In this document: piece by piece, positions 15,682-24,267 of the stretch | How the letters are laid out: each line of letters opens with the position of its first letter | How positions within the stretch are numbered: the first letter of the stretch is position 1 | Origin: a virus | Virus record (IMG/VR): IMGVR_UViG_3300007735_000801 | DNA length: 64,000 nt | Reading direction: 5' to 3' (one strand) | Position numbers and translations under genes: made by a program | Notes under the pieces: generated by a model | Database searches by the model: none | What the model was told of the DNA's origin: nothing | Seen by the model: the letters and a program-made list of their open reading frames with translations, nothing else

Positions 15682-18078
15682 ATGAAGCCTTTTATTGAAT
15701 ATCTGGTAGAAGATAATGATACCCTAGACTATGCTGTTCTATTAGAATCCATCTTGGATGAGCTTCCCCCAACACATCTAGGTGACCATCCTGAACTGGA
15801 AAAAATTACTTCTGAATTCGGTGTTACTAGATTTAAATACACCAATCCTGAACATAAAATCGTAACTCACATAGGATCCGAAGATGACACAGATTCTGGT
15901 ATTTATGATATAGACGTAGGTGTCAATAGAAATTATGATAATACAGGATCCACAACACCAGTTGATAATAGCCACATAATAAGAATTGCTCGTGACCACC
16001 TACACGACTTCATTACTAAAGTGAAACCAAAAGTAATGCGTTATTCTACACCTGATCCAAAAAGGCATATGCTTTATCAACTTATTGCCAGACAATATCC
16101 AGAAGTTCAATTCGTAAACACAGAACCCCGTCTTAATGACGATAAAAAAACAAGTCGGATAAAGGGTATATTATTTAAAGGTTCTGGAGATGATGCAATA
16201 TCAACATTAAATAACACATCAAAAACACAAGATTTTAATCCAACTCATACTGCAGCACAACATTCTGATCCAGCAGTTGCTCTAGCAGCTTTGGCTCATA
16301 AAGACGCAGACAAAAGAACTACTCATGGTGCATCAGAACATAAAGATCCAGCAGTTGCTCTAGCAGCTTTGGCTCATAAATATTCAAACGAATATACAAC
16401 TCATGGTGCAGCAAGTCACAAAGATCCAGCAGTTGTTATGGCGGCTTTGGCTCATAAAGACGCAGATTTTAGAACAACTTACTACGCAGCACAACATCCA
16501 GATCCAGCAGTTGCTCTGGCAGGTTTGGCTCATAAAGCGGCAGATAACGGAACAACTCAATCTGCAGCACGTCATTCTAATCCAGCAGTTGCTCTAGCAG
16601 CTTTGGCTCATAAAGACGCAAATAAATATACAACTGAATATGCAGCAAGTCACAGAGATCCAGCAGTTGCTCTAGCAGCTTTGGCTCATAAAGACGCAAA
16701 TAAAATGACAACTCAAGCTGCAGCACAACATTCTGATCCAGCAGTTGCTCTAGCAGCTTTGGCTCATAAATATTCAAACGAATATACAACTCATGGTGCA
16801 GCAAAACACAAAGATCCAGCAGTTGTTATGGCGGCTTTGGCTCATAAAGACGCAGATTTTACAACAACTTGTTACGCAGCAAATCATCCAGATTATGAAG
16901 TTGCTATGGGAGCAATAAACCACAAACATGCAAATTCTTCAACAATCAGGGTTGCGGCAAGTAATCCTAACCCAGCAGTGGCTGCTGCTGCTATAAATCA
17001 TCGTTATGCTCAATATGATGCACTTGATTTTGCATCAAGGCATCCAAATCGTGCAGTATCACTAGCAGCAGAGCAAAAACTTAACGATTTACATTCAAAA
17101 AGTTTGTCAGAATCGTATTCCGCTGGAAAAATTAAGCCTTTTCTTAAATATTTAACCGAAGAGGACCTTACTCTGGAGTATCACGACACTCTGAACCCTA
17201 AAATTTGGGACGGAGACGAGTTAAAACCAGAAGTTCAGGCTAAATTGCTGCAGATTGCCAAGAAATGGGCAACATTTGCAAAGATTCCAGACTTCGCCAT
17301 CACAGACATCATCCTGGTTGGCGGAAATGCCAATTACAACTGGACAAAATTCTCGGATCTTGACCTACATGTCGTCGTAAATCGTGAAGATCTGGCTGAT
17401 TGCCCTGATTTGCTAGACGATTATCTGCAAAATAAAAAACAATTATGGGCTTTGGTGCACGACATCACGATTTACGGTCACGATGTGGAGCTTTACGCTC
17501 AAGACAAGGAGACTCCTTACCCAAAAAAGCAAGGAGTCTACAGCGTTAAGGATAAAAAGTGGATTGCACAGCCAAAACACGAAGCGGTTGACTTTCGTGG
17601 ACCAGCTTTACTCGCAAAAGTGAAGCAATATACGGAAAGAATTGACACCCTGATCTCTACGAATGCGGAAGATGAGAGTTTTTCCAAATTAAAAGAAAAA
17701 TTCAAGAATATGCGCTCCTCAGGCTTAAAAAAAATCGGGGAATTCTCTATGGAAAACTTATTATTCAAAGAATTACGAAATCGTGGAGTAATTGACAGGA
17801 TGACTAAGTATTTACAGTCACGACTAGACCAAAAATTGAGTCTGAATGAGGATTATGATTTTCAAATTCAGATTCACAACAAAAAAACCAACGAATTGGT
17901 TGGAGTGAAGCAACTTAGTAGCCAAACAAAAACCGACGCAATGGGTACAGGTCTTCGAGGTTTGCAATTAGCTAAACATAATTTTAAATCAGAATATCCT
18001 GCGGCAGGTGATGTGGCAGATCATCACTTTTCTATAAGATATCCACACGATAGCAGTTGGATCACTCCAACCAGTTAA
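15682..18078 (+). CDS. putative internal head polyprotein: helical repeats plus Pol-beta-type nucleotidyltransferase
   Basis: MKPFIEYLVE; 26-aa repeats; LVGGNANYNWTKFSDLDLHVV nucleotidyltransferase motif. Confidence 0.8.
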   Translation: MKPFIEYLVEDNDTLDYAVLLESILDELPPTHLGDHPELEKITSEFGVTRFKYTNPEHKIVTHIGSEDDTDSGIYDIDVGVNRNYDNTGSTTPVDNSHIIRIARDHLHDFITKVKPKVMRYSTPDPKRHMLYQLIARQYPEVQFVNTEPRLNDDKKTSRIKGILFKGSGDDAISTLNNTSKTQDFNPTHTAAQHSDPAVALAALAHKDADKRTTHGASEHKDPAVALAALAHKYSNEYTTHGAASHKDPAVVMAALAHKDADFRTTYYAAQHPDPAVALAGLAHKAADNGTTQSAARHSNPAVALAALAHKDANKYTTEYAASHRDPAVALAALAHKDANKMTTQAAAQHSDPAVALAALAHKYSNEYTTHGAAKHKDPAVVMAALAHKDADFTTTCYAANHPDYEVAMGAINHKHANSSTIRVAASNPNPAVAAAAINHRYAQYDALDFASRHPNRAVSLAAEQKLNDLHSKSLSESYSAGKIKPFLKYLTEEDLTLEYHDTLNPKIWDGDELKPEVQAKLLQIAKKWATFAKIPDFAITDIILVGGNANYNWTKFSDLDLHVVVNREDLADCPDLLDDYLQNKKQLWALVHDITIYGHDVELYAQDKETPYPKKQGVYSVKDKKWIAQPKHEAVDFRGPALLAKVKQYTERIDTLISTNAEDESFSKLKEKFKNMRSSGLKKIGEFSMENLLFKELRNRGVIDRMTKYLQSRLDQKLSLNEDYDFQIQIHNKKTNELVGVKQLSSQTKTDAMGTGLRGLQLAKHNFKSEYPAAGDVADHHFSIRYPHDSSWITPTS
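16252..17070 (+). repeat. 78-bp (26-aa) tandem coding repeat, about 10.5 units
   Basis: AAxHxDPAVALAALAHKxAxxxTTxx repeated. Confidence 0.95.
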
Positions 18079-18744
18079 TTATTTCTGATTGTATGCCGTA
18101 TCAATTGCTTTGTAATAGGCAGGATCTTGTTGACGTGAAGCATTGCGCCAATATTGAAGAAATCTTTCACGATCTTGTGGCGACATTTCCTTGGTGTCGT
18201 CAATCTTCAGTTCACGCATCTTGCCACGCATCACACCAACCGCCATTTGTTGATACGCTTTATGGTATTTTTCATCACTCAACGTACCACAACCACCAGG
18301 ACCACATGCGTCTCCTATCTTTACGTTTCCTAACATTCTTTTTCCTTGTGCCACATATTGGTTTACGTAATCTTCCTGTCCTGTAAACAGATCTGGATAA
18401 TTCTTTAAAAAACCAGCAGCAGTGGACTTGGTGATTTGAACTGGACCGTAGGCAGTGGATTTACCTGTTTTATCTTTGGTTCTGATATAGTGGGCTTGGT
18501 TATAGTCTAGAGCATTTCCAATATCAGTTCCTCGGTGTTCTCCAGCAACAAGAGCCTGATATAATTTTATATTATGTTCGCCGCCAAAGTGAGCATACGG
18601 ATCCACTACTGGAGCAACTTCAGTGGTTGGAGTAGCTGGAGGTGCGGCTGGTGGTGCCTGGGCTCCACCAGCCATTATACTACCAGCCAAAGCAAAGGGA
18701 GCCAACATAGAACCTTCTTGAAGATATTCGATAAATGATTTCAT
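18079..18744 (-). CDS. putative internal head protein, lytic transglycosylase-like
   Basis: MKSFIEYLQE; ALVAGEHRG..STAYGPVQITKSTA lysozyme/SLT-like motifs. Confidence 0.65.
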   Translation of the reverse strand: MKSFIEYLQEGSMLAPFALAGSIMAGGAQAPPAAPPATPTTEVAPVVDPYAHFGGEHNIKLYQALVAGEHRGTDIGNALDYNQAHYIRTKDKTGKSTAYGPVQITKSTAAGFLKNYPDLFTGQEDYVNQYVAQGKRMLGNVKIGDACGPGGCGTLSDEKYHKAYQQMAVGVMRGKMRELKIDDTKEMSPQDRERFLQYWRNASRQQDPAYYKAIDTAYNQK

Positions 18745-18776
18745 ATAAAGTATATATTTAACATAAATAATGGTGT

Positions 18777-19148
18777 ATGAAACGATTCTCACAATACCTG
18801 ACCGAAAACGCTTTAACCGAATCCCATATTCAGAATTTTATTGATTTTGCCAGCAATCATCTTGGTTTACAGAACAAGCCAAAGATTGACTTGGTTCATG
18901 AGCGAGACGGTACTATGACTACTGCCAGCTACTGCCCAGAGACCAAAATTATAAAAGTATACGCAAAGGGTAGAGCTGGCTTTGATGTTTGTCGTAGTAT
19001 TGCTCATGAACTGGTTCACGCTGATCAGCAAGAAAAAGGCGAATACTTGGACGGTGAAACTGGTTCGGATTGTGAAAATCACGCTAACTCTATGGCTGGT
19101 AAAATTGTTCGTCTGTACGGTAAACAATATCCAGACTTCTACGAGTAA
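18777..19148 (+). CDS. putative internal head protein, HExxH metallopeptidase
   Basis: MKRFSQYLTE; SIAHELVH..ENHAN. Confidence 0.75.
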   Translation: MKRFSQYLTENALTESHIQNFIDFASNHLGLQNKPKIDLVHERDGTMTTASYCPETKIIKVYAKGRAGFDVCRSIAHELVHADQQEKGEYLDGETGSDCENHANSMAGKIVRLYGKQYPDFYE

Positions 19149-19151
19149 GTA

Positions 19152-19760
19152 ATGGCAAAGCCTAAAGCTTCAAAAAATCCACCATCAGGAAATAAAACTC
19201 CCGATGGTTCTATCATTCAAATTAATAATGTATTAGTTCCTGTATCTTTAAACGACCAATTAAAAAAATTAAAGCTGGACGCAGAATCTAAGATAAAGGC
19301 TGCTAATCAAGCGCAATCAGAAGTATTCAAGGGAATGAGTTCTTCTGAAGAGCAAGAGAGCGACCAAGAAACCCAACTAGAAGACAGAATTCAGTGGCTT
19401 AAAGATCGTATCATAGAAGATCGGGAAATAAAAGAAAAAGAAAAAAAAGCGGTAAAGGAAAAAAAACTCAAGAAGATTGAGATCAATAATCCTTCACCTT
19501 CCGAAATAACTTCAGAATTAGGTAAAGGAGTCTGTACTGTATGGTTTGGCAGAAAGACTTATCCGCAAGGAGTTACCAGACGCATGACCTGTACATTGGA
19601 TGAATCCAAATTTGATGGTAAGTACAGAGGACAATCCCCAAGCCGATCAAGAAAACCTGGTCTTATTCCTGTTTGGGATTTGGATGCCAGTAATTGGAGA
19701 AGTTTTTATCTGGGTAGTGTAACTCGTCTTGTTAGAAACGAAGAAACGGATGTAGAATAA
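19152..19760 (+). CDS. WYL-like/SH3 (DUF2693-like) domain protein
   Basis: TRRMTCTL..IPVWDLDASNWRSF C-terminal motif. Confidence 0.7.
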   Translation: MAKPKASKNPPSGNKTPDGSIIQINNVLVPVSLNDQLKKLKLDAESKIKAANQAQSEVFKGMSSSEEQESDQETQLEDRIQWLKDRIIEDREIKEKEKKAVKEKKLKKIEINNPSPSEITSELGKGVCTVWFGRKTYPQGVTRRMTCTLDESKFDGKYRGQSPSRSRKPGLIPVWDLDASNWRSFYLGSVTRLVRNEETDVE

Positions 19761-19961
19761 ATGGAGGATGTTCCTATGTTTGATCCTAAGTCCAAAGAAG
19801 TTTTGTTAAAAGCTTGTGAGCATCTTGCGAAATCTTCGGAAAACGCAATTGACGAATACGAACTATATTTGTTAGACGAAACTGATTGGCGCAAGCTAGC
19901 CAAGGTCATGACACGTCTTCGTTCCACTCTGGCACAATATTATGCTGCTGGTGGCAAATAG
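19761..19961 (+). CDS. hypothetical protein
   Basis: 66 aa ORF in the operon. Confidence 0.6.
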   Translation: MEDVPMFDPKSKEVLLKACEHLAKSSENAIDEYELYLLDETDWRKLAKVMTRLRSTLAQYYAAGGK

Positions 19962-19965
19962 CATT

Positions 19966-19993
19966 TGACTTGGTCTGAATACGTGATATATTA
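19966..19993 (+). promoter_or_regulatory. promoter TTGACT-N16-TATATT for tRNA-Leu
   Basis: Hexamers end 7 nt upstream of the tRNA. Confidence 0.7.
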
Positions 19994-20000
19994 GTATTAC

Positions 20001-20073
20001 GAGACGGTAGACCAACGGCAGAGTCAAGACACTTAAAATGTCTGTAGTGTGGGTTCAACTCCCACTCGTCTTA
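20001..20073 (+). tRNA. tRNA-Leu(TAA), short variable arm, no encoded CCA
   Basis: Acceptor GAGACGG/TCGTCTT, anticodon arm AGACA-CTTAAAA-TGTCT, T arm GTGGG-TTCAACT-CCCAC. Confidence 0.85.
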
Positions 20074-20096
20074 TTAAAAAATATTTTAAAGATTAC

Positions 20097-20124
20097 TTGA
20101 CTTCTTGATTTTAGGTGGTATAAT
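20097..20124 (+). promoter_or_regulatory. promoter TTGACT-N16-TATAAT
   Basis: Near-consensus hexamers upstream of the HTH gene. Confidence 0.8.
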
Positions 20125-20198
20125 TACTTATCGTAATGAATTGAAACGGACACAATTCATATTAAACATGGTCCGAATTTTAACAGAAAGGTTACTAT

Positions 20199-20483
20199 AT
20201 GATTACTTCTCCTCGTCGTCCTGCAACCAAGATGCAAAAGGTTATTTCGTATCTTGCTACAGGTAAGACACTCACTGCGCCTGAGGCTCGTTCTCGTTTT
20301 GGTGTGGCTAATCTTCGTGCAACAATCAGCGATATTCGTGATGTTGTCGAAGCTTTTGGCAACTGGCAAGTTATTCGTGAAACCAGTTCAACTGGCAAGA
20401 CACGATACGCCATGAAGGACACGTACAAGGGCATGCGAAAGATGGGTTTCCATAAGAACGGAACTCGTTTCACGATTCGCTAA
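20199..20483 (+). CDS. winged helix-turn-helix DNA-binding protein
   Basis: VISYLATGKTLTAPEARSRFGVANLRATISDIR. Confidence 0.8.
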   Translation: MITSPRRPATKMQKVISYLATGKTLTAPEARSRFGVANLRATISDIRDVVEAFGNWQVIRETSSTGKTRYAMKDTYKGMRKMGFHKNGTRFTIR

Positions 20484-20573
20484 AGATACTTTTGAGTGGT
20501 TACTTTTTATTATGGGGATGCATTGGTAAAACAATGCATCTCTTTTTCGGAATAAATAAAGTGGAGGTTCAAT

Positions 20574-20798
20574 ATGGAACAACTATTTTACGCTAAAGCA
20601 AACATTAGTGGTCGTGATGTGGATCTAGTGTTTACTGAATCACAAATTTTGGATGGGGTTAAACTTGCAATGTCTAATTGTGAATTAGTCTGTGAGAGTA
20701 ATCCTGGTAATTGTTGGACAATGGAAAAGCCACAAGGATGTTCTTTGTGGAAGAAAATGTTTAATCTTTGCGGATGCAAAGAAGAAAAGAAAGATTAA
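20574..20798 (+). CDS. hypothetical protein
   Basis: GGAGG RBS; TAAATA upstream. Confidence 0.65.
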   Translation: MEQLFYAKANISGRDVDLVFTESQILDGVKLAMSNCELVCESNPGNCWTMEKPQGCSLWKKMFNLCGCKEEKKD

Positions 20799-20799
20799 T

Positions 20800-21114
20800 A
20801 TGGAAACTTTGATTATTCGTGTAAAGACTGGTGAAGATGTTTTGTGTCGTGCAACTAAGAATGATGGCGGTTATCTGGTTCAAGATGCTATGGCACTTGT
20901 TCCTACTCCAGATGGTCGTCTCGCATTTGTTGGCTGGATGCCGTTTGCAAACACAAAGGATGGTATTCAGATTCCTTCAGATTTTATCTACATGACACTG
21001 AAACCAGAAGCTAGTATTGAAACTCAGTATATGGGATTCAAGAGTGGTCTTGTAAGTCCACCACAAAAGAATGTGGTTGGTCCAGGCGGTCTGCATCTCG
21101 TAGGAGCACCGTAA
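20800..21114 (+). CDS. conserved T4-like hypothetical protein (Sm-like)
   Basis: IIRVKTGEDVL..WMPF pattern. Confidence 0.7.
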   Translation: METLIIRVKTGEDVLCRATKNDGGYLVQDAMALVPTPDGRLAFVGWMPFANTKDGIQIPSDFIYMTLKPEASIETQYMGFKSGLVSPPQKNVVGPGGLHLVGAP

Positions 21115-21127
21115 CTAAAAAGACTTA

Positions 21128-21202
21128 ACACTCGTAGCTCAGTTGGATAGTAGCAGCATTTTTCTAAAGTGCAGGTCATTGGTTCGAATCCAATCGGGTG
21201 TG
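21128..21202 (+). tRNA. tRNA-Arg(TCT)
   Basis: ACACTCG/CGGGTGT acceptor, GCATT-TTTCTAA-AGTGC, ATTGG-TTCGAAT-CCAAT. Confidence 0.85.
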
Positions 21203-21233
21203 TTAAAATGTCTTAGAATATATATATCTAAGT

Positions 21234-21599
21234 ATGAAAAAGCAATGTAAAATCTGTAATGAATTAAAGGATACTTCTTGTTTTTATAAAAGACCAGACA
21301 GAAAAAAGAATCAAGAACATTCATATTGTAGAGAATGTTTTAATATTTATTGTATCGAAAGATGGAAACAAAAAAGATTGGATGCATTAGTTTATAAAGG
21401 CGGAAAATGTTCCGAATGTGGTTATAATGAATGCAATGCTGCTTTAGAATTTCATCATTTAGATCCGTCGAAAAAAGAATTTGATTGGTCAAAAATGCGT
21501 CTAAGAAGTAAAATAAATATTACAAAAGAGTTGGATAAATGTATATTGTTGTGTTCAAATTGTCACAGAAAATTACATTATAATAAAGAAAATAAATAA
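21234..21599 (+). CDS. HNH endonuclease
   Basis: YKGGKCSECGY..LEFHHLDP..LLCSNCHRKLH. Confidence 0.85.
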   Translation: MKKQCKICNELKDTSCFYKRPDRKKNQEHSYCRECFNIYCIERWKQKRLDALVYKGGKCSECGYNECNAALEFHHLDPSKKEFDWSKMRLRSKINITKELDKCILLCSNCHRKLHYNKENK

Positions 21600-21604
21600 A
21601 CACT

Positions 21605-21799
21605 ATGGAAATAACATTTATAATTTTTGCAACATTACTTATCGTATTACAAGGTATACAGTTATACCTATATGGGTATGAGAATGGTTATATAAGGAGT
21701 ACAGAAAATGAAAAACAAAATGCCAGAAAACTACATTCCAGGTCACGCCTACAAACAAGGTCACCAAGCAAGATTAAGCGGAAGAGATATGCCCGATAG
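21605..21799 (+). CDS. small membrane protein
   Basis: Hydrophobic N-terminus, basic tail. Confidence 0.5.
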   Translation: MEITFIIFATLLIVLQGIQLYLYGYENGYIRSTENEKQNARKLHSRSRLQTRSPSKIKRKRYAR

Positions 21800-21917
21800 T
21801 GGAAATGTCGGAGTGTATTGGGACGAATATCGTGCTGGCTGGTTTGATGCTGATCGTGGTATAATTGAGTCTGCTCGTAAAGATATTTCAGAAAATAAAC
21901 AATTTTTACAGGATTAA
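21708..21917 (+). CDS. small protein, weak Rmf-like pattern
   Basis: AYKQGHQARLSG..YRAGWFDA. Confidence 0.45.
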   Translation: MKNKMPENYIPGHAYKQGHQARLSGRDMPDSGNVGVYWDEYRAGWFDADRGIIESARKDISENKQFLQD

Positions 21918-21921
21918 TGAC

Positions 21922-22215
21922 ATGATAGATAAACATTTTACGGTTGACGGAGTGTCTGCGGTTACTCATGAGCGAAAGCCAATAATTAGAGTATATCGAG
22001 ATCCTCATTGTTCTGGAGCAATGCTGGCATCAGTCGACAACATGAACACAGAAGAAGCAATTGATGGATACACTTATAGTGAATTAGTTTCTATTCGTAA
22101 TACGTTAAATGAAGTTCTTAATCATATTGATGTTCAGGAAACTATTGCCGAGTATAATGCAAGCTTTCCAAAGTCATTAGAACTCGACGAATGGGGAACT
22201 GCTTCGTCGGATTAA
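21922..22215 (+). CDS. hypothetical protein
   Basis: ORF with AGGA RBS. Confidence 0.6.
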   Translation: MIDKHFTVDGVSAVTHERKPIIRVYRDPHCSGAMLASVDNMNTEEAIDGYTYSELVSIRNTLNEVLNHIDVQETIAEYNASFPKSLELDEWGTASSD

Positions 22216-22218
22216 CCT

Positions 22219-22344
22219 ATGAGTAGTAAACATGATGCAGGCAAAGGTGATGTTTATCGTCCTGTCGATAAAGCAAAGTTTGCTAAAAACTGGGACATGA
22301 TATTTAAAAAAAAGAAACCTAAGAAAAAACCCAATACCAAATAA
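22219..22344 (+). CDS. small conserved phage peptide (41 aa, not in the ORF track)
   Basis: MSSKHDAGKGDVYRPVDKAKFAKNWDMIFKKKK. Confidence 0.6.
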   Translation: MSSKHDAGKGDVYRPVDKAKFAKNWDMIFKKKKPKKKPNTK

Positions 22345-22506
22345 AGGAATTGTTCATGACTGATCCAAGAGACAGACAAGTTTTACTAGCAGTAATGCAA
22401 GAAATTAATAATATTAGTACAAATTATATTGTATTAAATAAAAGATTAAAAGAATTGCAGTCTCAAGTAAAAGATTTTCTCCAGCAATCCAATCAAGGAA
22501 ACCCTA

Positions 22507-22761
22507 ATGTTCCGTCTACACATTGATATTCCTTTGTCGGATAACGAATCAGAATCCGCACAAACTGCCAAGGCTATTATTGCGTTACTAGAACACAAGG
22601 TGCATCCTAGCAGAAATATATTTGCAGTTGACGTTATTAACTATCGATTAGGTAATGATCAGGATCGTCAAAAATCCAATTACCTAATTAAGAACCAGAA
22701 TGGTCATGTGGCAAATAAAAAACTTAAAATTAACTTGACAACGGAAAATCAGGATGTATAA
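22507..22761 (+). CDS. hypothetical protein
   Basis: AAGGA RBS; 84 aa. Confidence 0.65.
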   Translation: MFRLHIDIPLSDNESESAQTAKAIIALLEHKVHPSRNIFAVDVINYRLGNDQDRQKSNYLIKNQNGHVANKKLKINLTTENQDV

Positions 22762-22762
22762 T
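22735..22762 (+). promoter_or_regulatory. promoter TTGACA-N16-TATAAT for tRNA-Ile
   Basis: Perfect hexamers ending 8 nt upstream of the tRNA. Confidence 0.85.
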
Positions 22763-22770
22763 TCTCTTAT

Positions 22771-22842
22771 GGGATGTACGTGCCTGGTGGCGCAGGATTG
22801 CTTATAACGATCTACCGCAGGGTTCGACTCCCTGGCATCCTA
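22771..22842 (+). tRNA. atypical tRNA-Ile(TAT)
   Basis: GGGATGT/GCATCCT acceptor, GATTG-CTTATAA-CGATC, CAGGG-TTCGACT-CCCTG; non-canonical D arm. Confidence 0.7.
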
Positions 22843-23081
22843 TTATGAACGACACACAAAATAAAATCTGTAAAGAACTAACGTCTAAAATCGTTTCCTA
22901 TTTGCAACACTCAGGAGTTCAGATGACTCCTCAACATGTGAATGGTATATTTGCTATTTGTAGTTCTCTATACGGCAAAAATAATAAAATGCCGTTAGTG
23001 CCTAAAAAAGTAAAAGTAAAACGTCTCGAATCTTAAATTACTGTTTGATTTAACAACGGGCTATGCCCAAGAAAGGTTACT

Positions 23082-23594
23082 ATGCGTAATAATGTTTTTT
23101 TTAGTTTGTTTGGTATTACTAGTGTGGTGTTTGGTGTGTTTACATTGGCTGCAAGTTATCCGTCTGGTTTGAGTTATACCCTGTTTGGGATTGGTGCGAT
23201 GCTTATGTTGACTGGTGTTGTGTTTGAGACAATGAATTATATGCAACAAAATTTCTATAATAAATTTGAGACCCTTGGTCGCAATACTGATGACATGATT
23301 AGTGATTTGCAGAGAACGTTTAATGCTTCTCAGCAACAAACCAATCAGACTGTTCAGAGAAATTTTGAATCAATTCAGCACCGCATTGTAGAAGAGGTTC
23401 GTAATATTCATCTGCAAATGGAGTCTCTTGAAGTATCAAAGCATAATCTGTTTGATGAGATGGATAGCCGTCTGACTGATCTTGCGGTTGAAGTAGACGC
23501 TGCTATTACGAATAGAGACGATTCTGATGATGAGGGATATTTCCCATCACCATCAAAGGGATCTCGTAAGTGCTGTGCCACAAAGAAGAGTTAA
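23082..23594 (+). CDS. membrane protein with two TM segments and a coiled coil
   Basis: Hydrophobic N-terminus; GAAAGG RBS. Confidence 0.7.
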   Translation: MRNNVFFSLFGITSVVFGVFTLAASYPSGLSYTLFGIGAMLMLTGVVFETMNYMQQNFYNKFETLGRNTDDMISDLQRTFNASQQQTNQTVQRNFESIQHRIVEEVRNIHLQMESLEVSKHNLFDEMDSRLTDLAVEVDAAITNRDDSDDEGYFPSPSKGSRKCCATKKS

Positions 23595-23601
23595 ACACTC
23601 A

Positions 23602-23674
23602 GGTCCTATAGATTAACTGGCTAAATCACTGCCCTTTCAAGGCAGCTATCTGGATTCGAGTTCCAGTAGGATCA
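23602..23674 (+). tRNA. tRNA-Glu(TTC)
   Basis: GGTCCTA/TAGGATC acceptor, CTGCC-CTTTCAA-GGCAG, CTGGA-TTCGAGT-TCCAG. Confidence 0.85.
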
Positions 23675-23940
23675 TTCAAGGAGATACTAATATGAACCCA
23701 TGGATAGCATTTTTTCTCGGAGTAATTATGTGTCAGTTGATTGCCATTGGATATATGATATGGGATATGAGGAGATTAAAATAATGGATAATAATGATAC
23801 ATTTATGAATATTTTTAAATATTGTATAATTTTTTGGGTTTCGTTAATGCTACCAATAATGTTTGTGCTACTGACTGTTACCACCTATGATATGTTTCGT
23901 ACATTGATTGCAGAACGAAAATATATTAAAAAGGAAAAAA

Positions 23941-24219
23941 ATGAGTCACATGAGCGAAAAAGCAATTGATGAGATGAATGAATTAAACAATCTTCGTACA
24001 GAGAATGCTGTCCTGCGTGGAGTGAATCAAGTTCTTCGTTCATTGGTTCATGATAAATTTAAAACCAATGAATGGAACTGTGCAGGCATTCCGAAGTGGG
24101 AAGGGTTCAAACAGGATGATTGGAAGACTGGAGACACCAAAGAATTCTTAGGTCTTACAGACGCTGAAGTAGATACTCTAGATAAATGGATGGAAGAGAA
24201 TAAAGATAAAGGCGAATAA
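23941..24219 (+). CDS. hypothetical protein
   Basis: AAGGA RBS before MSHMSEK. Confidence 0.6.
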   Translation: MSHMSEKAIDEMNELNNLRTENAVLRGVNQVLRSLVHDKFKTNEWNCAGIPKWEGFKQDDWKTGDTKEFLGLTDAEVDTLDKWMEENKDKGE

Positions 24220-24267
24220 TCGCTCACGACACTTTGTCGTGAGAAGTGTCGTGAGAAAAGAAAACAA

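Noticed and set aside
16252-17070. TALE-like DNA-binding repeats
   Set aside because: The unit is 26 aa, not 33-35, and lacks TALE consensus residues
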